A DNA stretch of 64,000 nt from Candidatus Poribacteria bacterium (GTDB lineage: Bacteria > Poribacteria > WGA-4E > WGA-3G): assembly GCA_963663765.2 (NCBI GenBank), contig CAXXUA010000015.1:416001-480000 (forward strand), written 5' to 3'. Within the stretch, counting starts at the first letter, position 1. Each line of letters begins with the position of its first letter. A program made the position numbers and the translations under genes. Of this stretch, positions 57,993 to 64,000 are shown piece by piece. Below the pieces are notes generated by a model that saw only the letters and a program-made list of their open reading frames with translations, was not told the DNA's origin and made no database searches.

Positions 57993-59879
57993 ATGAATAA
58001 GCAGAAACAAAAAAATAAAAAAGAATTTTCTGGGACTATCGTTATTATTGAGATGGGATATACTGATGAGAATATTGGAGGTCGAGGTACGGGGTTCTTC
58101 ATAGATGACAACAAAATCATTACCAACATTCATGTGCTTGCGGGTGCTAAAGATGTAAATGCAAGAAATGTGAGTACTGGTATGGTTTATACAATTGAAG
58201 GAGTTATCTCGTTTGATGATATAAACGATCTCGTTGTCCTTCAGACATCAGAATGCGATAAGCCGTTTCCTATTGAGGATAGTAATAATGTGAAGATTGG
58301 TGATAAGATAACTGCTATAGGCTGTCCTGATGGGAATGAAAGAATTGCTGAAGGAATTATACACGGAATCAGACATCACAATAAAAGTTTTCGCGTACAA
58401 ATGCCTAATGCTAGCAAGGGTTTTAGTGGAGGTCCAGTCATCAACAGCAATGGTAGAATCATTGCTATATTAGACCAGTTAAATTATGTAGAAGGCAGTC
58501 TTGATTACGATTTTGGTAACGCAATATCATCAAACACTATCAAGGAACTTACAAAAAAGTCATCCGTTCATTTGGAACCGATATCTAAATGGCTAAGACG
58601 ACCAAGTGTGCATGCATACTTTCTGTACTATAATGGAATTGAGTTGTCTCAAGAAGGAAATCAGAAAGGTGCGATCGCTACTTATAATAAAACAATCAAA
58701 TTAAACCCTAATTTAGCAAATGCACTTCACAATCGCGGGTTAGCTAAGAATAATCTTAGAAAGCATAAGAATGCAATTGCAGACTATGATGCAGCTTTAA
58801 AACTCGAACCGGATTCTGCTTTATCATACAGCAACCGTGGAGCTTCTAATATTGCTTTAAAAAACTTTGAACAAGCTTTGGAAGATTGTAATGCTGCATT
58901 AAAAATCAACCCGGATTTGTTAATTGCTCACTGCAACCGTGCTTTAGCGAAAGTATCGTTAAATGATTATCAAGGAGCGTTAGATGATGCTAATGTAGTT
59001 CTTCAAAAACACACGGATGCTTTTGAATCTTTTCGTCTTTACTTGGCGTGTTCTGCTGCTAATATTGCTCTGGGTGACTTTGCTGAAGCATTAAAAGACA
59101 TTAATACAGTCATTAAACGTAACCCCAATTTCGCTGAATCTTATGTTATGCGTGCTTTAATCAAGAAAGAACTTAATGACTATCTTGGTGCAATCAAAGA
59201 TGCTGATAAGATGATAAAAATGAAACCGATGTCAGAGATGGGATATACTTGTCGTGCAACTGTATATTTAGAATTAGGTAAGTCTAAATTAGAGAATGAA
59301 GAGAAAAAGGCTTCTCAAGATTTCTATGACAAAGCCCTTGTTGATGCAAATAAAGCAGTTAAGCTCAACCGAAAATCACATAGTTCTTATGCCAGTAGAG
59401 GAAAGGTGAGAATGTATTTTGGGGTATCAGAGGCTGCTCAAGGTGAAATTGAGGAAGCAAAAAAACTATTTAACTCAGCTATATCGGATTATACGAAATC
59501 TATTCAACTAAATTCCCGTTCTGCAGCAAGTTTGAATGCACTTGGATGGGTAAATTATAATATTGGTAAATTGGAAAGTACACATGGTAAGGAAGATGCA
59601 GCCCAAAAACATTTTCAAAAGGCAGTAATTGAAAGCGAGGAAGCAATCCGTTTTGATAAGGATTCTTTTGCAGTTTATGCTTATTATCATACGCATGGCG
59701 TTGCAAAAGCAGCACTAAGAGATTTTGAAAAAGCAATTGAAGATTTCAGTGAAGCTATTAACAGAAATCCAAAGCATATTTTGTCTTATCAAGATCGGGC
59801 AAAAGCAAAGGAAGCACTTGGATTGGCAGATGATGCAGCAGATGACTATCAAACGGTAGAAAAATTAGAAGCGAGTTAG
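57993..59879 (+). CDS. Trypsin-like serine protease with C-terminal TPR array
   Basis: GTGFF, TNIHV, DLVVL, GFSGGP (intact triad), then multiple TPRs; no signal peptide. Confidence 0.9.
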   Translation: MNKQKQKNKKEFSGTIVIIEMGYTDENIGGRGTGFFIDDNKIITNIHVLAGAKDVNARNVSTGMVYTIEGVISFDDINDLVVLQTSECDKPFPIEDSNNVKIGDKITAIGCPDGNERIAEGIIHGIRHHNKSFRVQMPNASKGFSGGPVINSNGRIIAILDQLNYVEGSLDYDFGNAISSNTIKELTKKSSVHLEPISKWLRRPSVHAYFLYYNGIELSQEGNQKGAIATYNKTIKLNPNLANALHNRGLAKNNLRKHKNAIADYDAALKLEPDSALSYSNRGASNIALKNFEQALEDCNAALKINPDLLIAHCNRALAKVSLNDYQGALDDANVVLQKHTDAFESFRLYLACSAANIALGDFAEALKDINTVIKRNPNFAESYVMRALIKKELNDYLGAIKDADKMIKMKPMSEMGYTCRATVYLELGKSKLENEEKKASQDFYDKALVDANKAVKLNRKSHSSYASRGKVRMYFGVSEAAQGEIEEAKKLFNSAISDYTKSIQLNSRSAASLNALGWVNYNIGKLESTHGKEDAAQKHFQKAVIESEEAIRFDKDSFAVYAYYHTHGVAKAALRDFEKAIEDFSEAINRNPKHILSYQDRAKAKEALGLADDAADDYQTVEKLEAS

Positions 59880-59927
59880 AGTATTGGGTTTATTCTACTG
59901 CCTTAGCCAAAGTCTCTGAAAGGAAAA

Positions 59928-61490
59928 ATGATGACAGGTGGAACACTCTTTGTCGAATGTTTGAAGACACAAGGGGTTAAAGTGATTTTCGGATTACCAG
60001 GGAATCATCTTGATACCGTTTATGAAGCGTTATATCACAATCAAGACAGCATTCGGCACTATGTGACTCGACATGAAGGTGGAGCCGCGTTTATGGCTGA
60101 TGGGTATGCACGTGCTACAGGAGATGTCGGTGTCTGCATGACTGTACCGGGTCCTGGTGCTAATAATGCAGCGATTGGGATCTGTGAAGCATATACTGCA
60201 TGTTCACCTGTACTGTTAATTACGGGACAAAACCCATCATACTTGGCACAGAAAGATCCGAGAAAAAGTTTCCACGGGTTAGACCAAGAAGCTGCCTTTG
60301 CTCCGTTCACAAAACATATTGAAATAGTAAGACAAGTTGATCAAATACCTGCAGCAGTGAATAGATCCTTCAACGCATTACGTTCAGGTCGTCCAGGTCC
60401 TGTTTTGATTGAACTTGCAACAGACGCTTTACAAGCTGAAACCGATCTACCTATACCTCCACGAAACAATGGCGTTCATACAATGGCAAGTCAGGAAGAC
60501 ATTGACTCACTTGTAACGTTGATTAGAGAATCAAAACAACCACTGATAGTTTCGGGTAGTGGGATAAATCATGAACGCGCAACCAATGAACTGATGGAAT
60601 TCGCACAGTTACTTGATGCACCTATGGCAATGACAGGTATGGGAAAAGGGTCAGTACCTGAAGATAACCCTTACGCAATTGGACTATTCCGTGACGGTGT
60701 CGCACAAGCTGCTCTGAAAGCATCTGACCTGATAATTGCTATTGGCACACGATTTACATATCGAGATACAGGGAACTGGTCACTAAGAATACCACAGCCA
60801 CTCATACATATTGAAGCAGACAGTAATGAAATACATAAGGAATTTCAAGCGACTGTAGGCATCGGCGCGAATCCAAAATTGGTGCTTCAGCAGTTAAATG
60901 CTACACTCAGTGAAGAGAAACTCACATGTGGTTGGGGTGAGAACTTGAAGCAGCTACATAGTCAATTTACATCAATTGAATCCCCACCTATACTCAAGCA
61001 GTTACGAGATGTATTGCCTCGTGATGCAATACTGGCTGTAGATGTAAATATCACTGGTTATGGTGCGTTGTCCCATTTTCCCACTTATGCATCAGGGAGT
61101 TATATCTTTTCAGGTATATCAGTCGCAATGGGAATTGGCTTAACAGCTGCTATCGGCGCACAAGTTGCTTTTCCAAACCGAAAAGTTGTCGCTCTAAGCG
61201 GTGATGGTGGTTTCTTGATGACAAGTCCTGATCTGGCAACTGCAGTGATGTATGACCTACCGGTTGTGACCATCGTGATGAATGATAACCAATACACCTC
61301 AATTGAGAGAGGACAATTACGAAGATTCGGTAAACGAATTGGAGTAGAATTGGAAAACCCAGATTTTGTTAAATTTGCTGAATCGTTCGGTGCAGTTGGT
61401 TTACGAGTTGAAGATTTGTCAGACTTTAGACACATGCTTGAAAAAGCACTTGCAATGGATAAGCCAGTCGTTGTGGAAGTGAAGAAATAG
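59928..61490 (+). CDS. Thiamine pyrophosphate-binding protein (acetolactate synthase-like)
   Basis: FGLPG, RHEGGAAFMADGYAR, GDGGF...N, NPDF. Confidence 0.93.
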   Translation: MMTGGTLFVECLKTQGVKVIFGLPGNHLDTVYEALYHNQDSIRHYVTRHEGGAAFMADGYARATGDVGVCMTVPGPGANNAAIGICEAYTACSPVLLITGQNPSYLAQKDPRKSFHGLDQEAAFAPFTKHIEIVRQVDQIPAAVNRSFNALRSGRPGPVLIELATDALQAETDLPIPPRNNGVHTMASQEDIDSLVTLIRESKQPLIVSGSGINHERATNELMEFAQLLDAPMAMTGMGKGSVPEDNPYAIGLFRDGVAQAALKASDLIIAIGTRFTYRDTGNWSLRIPQPLIHIEADSNEIHKEFQATVGIGANPKLVLQQLNATLSEEKLTCGWGENLKQLHSQFTSIESPPILKQLRDVLPRDAILAVDVNITGYGALSHFPTYASGSYIFSGISVAMGIGLTAAIGAQVAFPNRKVVALSGDGGFLMTSPDLATAVMYDLPVVTIVMNDNQYTSIERGQLRRFGKRIGVELENPDFVKFAESFGAVGLRVEDLSDFRHMLEKALAMDKPVVVEVKK

Positions 61491-61562
61491 AATCTATCTG
61501 GAGACAAGACGACAATGTAATACCATTTTCATGTGATAATGTCTCATTAGCAGCGGAAATCT

Positions 61563-61605
61563 GGTAGGAGCGACCTCCCGGTCGCGACCGTGAGGTCGCT
61601 CCTAC
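61563..61605. repeat. GTAG REP hairpin
   Basis: gtaggagcgacctc...gaggtcgctcctac, related to the REP inside the 354-492 element. Confidence 0.7.
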
Positions 61606-61774
61606 CGAAGAGAGTAACCCCCTGCCAGTAAACAGTAGAATTCCTTAATGTGACAAGATTTATTTGAATTGGTATTATTTTCACCACATTTCTTGATAAA
61701 ACCATGAAAATTGGGTGTGTTCTGTCATTATTACAGTTTTCTCAATCGTCTGATTGGGGAGTTAGGAGAAAAAT

Positions 61775-62974
61775 ATGCGAATGAAGATAGGAGTTTTAAC
61801 AGGGGGTGGCGACACAAGCGCTCTTAACGCTACCCTAAAAGGTATAGCATTGAAAGCCGAAGAACTCGGTTTTGAACTGATCGGTTTTATGGAAGGATGG
61901 AGGGGTGTACTAAAAGGTGGACGTTATTTTACACTCACGCCTGATCTGATTGACGAAAATCATGGAGGGACGATCTTAAAGAGCTCACGTACCAACCTTA
62001 TCGCAATGGATAAGTTAGATGAAGCTATTGACAATCTCAATAAATTAAATATCAGTGGACTGATTCCTATCGGTGGAGACGATACCTTAACAGTAGGCAC
62101 GGCACTATCCGAACAATTTACAACAGTTTTCGTCACAAAAACAATTGATAACGATGTCGGAATAAATCCACCTGAAGGCGATTCAGTTGATTATTCCAAG
62201 ATGGTGAACTACTTCTGTCCTGGTTTTCCTTCCGCAGCGAGTCGTGTAATCAATGCAGTCAGTGATTTAAGGACAACAACATACTCCCACGATCGCGTCA
62301 TCGTCGTAGAAGCTATGGGCAGAGATGCAGGTTGGCTAACATTGTCTGCTGCCTACGGTTTAGCTGACCTCATTGTGGTACCCGAAGTCCCTTATCAACC
62401 AGATAGATTAGCAGAAGCAATCCGTGAAAAACATGCTACACAAAAGAATGTCATAGTCGTTGTTTCGGAAGGAATCCGAAATGATGAAGGTGAATTGATG
62501 ATTACGTCACAAGCGGAACTGGACGCGTTCGGTCATACAAAACCTGGAGGCTGTTCAGAAATCATCGTTGAAGCGATGAAAAAACGATTACCTGAAATCT
62601 CCAGTTCAGCGTTCCGCGCATTGATACTTGGCTATATGCAGAGATGTGGTAGTCCTACAATATTAGACCGAGACACCGCAATTAAAGCAGGTTCATTAGC
62701 AGTACGATCCCTTGCGGACGGTATGGACAACGGGGTTGCAACAATCACCCGAACAGATGTTGGTATTGTACCGATTATGTTGCATTTAGAACAGGTCTTA
62801 AAACGCGATGAAACGGGTCATGTCATACGACGAAGCCTTGACCCACGATTCTATGATGAAGACCGATTTCATCTGTCAGCTGAGGGAGCAGGTTATTTCC
62901 GACCACTCTTTGGCGACCTACCTCGTAGACGGAGAACTTTAGATGAACGTGGACTTGATATTGGTACAATCTAA
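61775..62974 (+). CDS. pfkA: PfkA-family phosphofructokinase, probably PPi-dependent
   Basis: TGGGD, GGTILKSSR, GGDDT, KTIDND, EAMGR, LGYMQR; AGGAG RBS. Confidence 0.9.
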   Translation: MRMKIGVLTGGGDTSALNATLKGIALKAEELGFELIGFMEGWRGVLKGGRYFTLTPDLIDENHGGTILKSSRTNLIAMDKLDEAIDNLNKLNISGLIPIGGDDTLTVGTALSEQFTTVFVTKTIDNDVGINPPEGDSVDYSKMVNYFCPGFPSAASRVINAVSDLRTTTYSHDRVIVVEAMGRDAGWLTLSAAYGLADLIVVPEVPYQPDRLAEAIREKHATQKNVIVVVSEGIRNDEGELMITSQAELDAFGHTKPGGCSEIIVEAMKKRLPEISSSAFRALILGYMQRCGSPTILDRDTAIKAGSLAVRSLADGMDNGVATITRTDVGIVPIMLHLEQVLKRDETGHVIRRSLDPRFYDEDRFHLSAEGAGYFRPLFGDLPRRRRTLDERGLDIGTI

Positions 62975-63049
62975 TCACGGTAAGTTTAGGAATAACTATA
63001 TTAAAGCATATAATTTTTTGGACAATTTATAGCACAAACTGTATTAAGA

Positions 63050-63250
63050 TTAATTTTTAATTTCGTAACAGAATCTATCTCACCCAGTAGGCTGGGAATG
63101 CCTAAATGGCATTCATACCGTTGATTTCTTGAATTCTTGAATTCTTGATTTGGTGCTTTGTAATCGCGCTGTTGAGTTTTGACATACCAGCGCGCTTACA
63201 AAGCACGCCTACCTGGGTGGGTAAGATTGAATTACCAATTCAATTTATTC
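63050..63250. repeat. REPIN/MITE-like element with a GAATGCC-hairpin insert
   Basis: gtaggc...gtgctttgtaatcgcgc...gcgcgcttacaaagcacgcctac inverted REP pair. Confidence 0.7.
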
Positions 63251-63290
63251 ATCCTCAATTAGGTCTCAGTTTATTTTCACCCAAAACAGG

Positions 63291-63715
63291 TCAAACCAAA
63301 AAATCTATATCCAATCTAAAGTTTGGATTTTGTTCACGAAAACTGTAAACCGGTGACATGTCCTGAATGGGGTTCCCTTTGATAGTCAAGGAGGTTAATC
63401 GCGGAAAGTTATCAATAACACTCATGTCACTTGTGTTGTTATTAGCAAGGAATAAACTTCGCAATTTCACCAAATTCGCTAAAGGTCTGATGTCTTCAAA
63501 TTCATTATTACTATAAAGATGCAACATCTTCAACTCTGTCAAATGTTCTATACCAGATAAACGCTCACATAATAGTAAACAGCAGTCAGTATCTCCACAC
63601 CTGTTAGACTGTCTTTTGAAATTGGTTCATCCGTATCCAAGCCAGCTGCCTATCTAATGAGTTTAGCTAATCTCGGATCGGGTATATGGATATATTCTAT
63701 ATTGGAGTTGTTCAT
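63291..63715 (-). pseudogene. Internalin-like leucine-rich-repeat protein, disrupted
   Basis: MNNSNIEYIHIPDPRLAKLIR* (in-frame TAG), then a frameshift into LSGIEHLTELKMLHLYSN..DIRPLANLVKLRSLFL. Confidence 0.7.
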
Positions 63716-63745
63716 ATCACCACAAAAATCTATAGATTATTGACA

Positions 63746-64000
63746 TTACAATGGCAATGATATTGGTTTCCCAGTTTCCGATGACCTATATGTCGCTTCA
63801 GCCAATTCAATTCCGTCTCTTCCGATACGTCCATGTGTTGTCGGTTCTGCTTCACCAGCGATACACTGTAACCAGTGATCAATGCTTGCTCCTTTCGCTG
63901 CAATTCCCCAATATCGCTGATTCCGTTGTGCATCTGGAATGTTACGATAGGTTTCGTCATCTGGAATTGGTGCAGTAAATTCCTCTGCAGATTTCATATC
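63746..64000 (-). CDS. Gfo/Idh/MocA oxidoreductase, C-terminal part (partial)
   Basis: DHWLQCI.GE.EP...G..G.ELAEATYRSSETGKPISLP C-terminal signature. Confidence 0.75.
   Translation of the reverse strand, partial: DMKSAEEFTAPIPDDETYRNIPDAQRNQRYWGIAAKGASIDHWLQCIAGEAEPTTHGRIGRDGIELAEATYRSSETGKPISLPL

Overview
Bacterial chromosome segment (roughly 40% GC by eye), most likely from Candidatus Poribacteria. This is inferred from a LamG protein ending in VEPxDKLSTIWGILK, a PhyH dioxygenase, many Gfo/Idh/MocA enzymes, and giant TPR, trypsin-TPR and LRR proteins. The left half holds a catabolic operon, an AAA-ATPase/nuclease-like gene pair, apt, hisA, a degenerate EF-Tu paralog, ABC sugar transport genes, IS remnants and a 3394-aa TPR-LamG protein. 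The best candidate for an undescribed system is a minus-strand cluster at about 38.6-55.4 kb. It encodes a MacB-like permease, a ~2420-aa LysM/Ca-repeat/pseudo-M28-peptidase/FtsX fusion, a small membrane protein, an OPT-like transporter, an unknown protein, a stand-alone PqqD/RRE protein and a LolD/MacB-type ATPase. An Rpn (YhgA-like) nuclease gene sits inside the cluster. That gene is split by an intact IS4-superfamily element (18-bp TIRs, 9-bp TSD) exactly at its internal RBS, and is followed by a tandem duplicate of its small C-terminal module. Intergenic regions carry several nested REP/MITE families. No rRNA, tRNA or CRISPR array was seen. All family assignments come from motif recognition by eye; no database searches were run.
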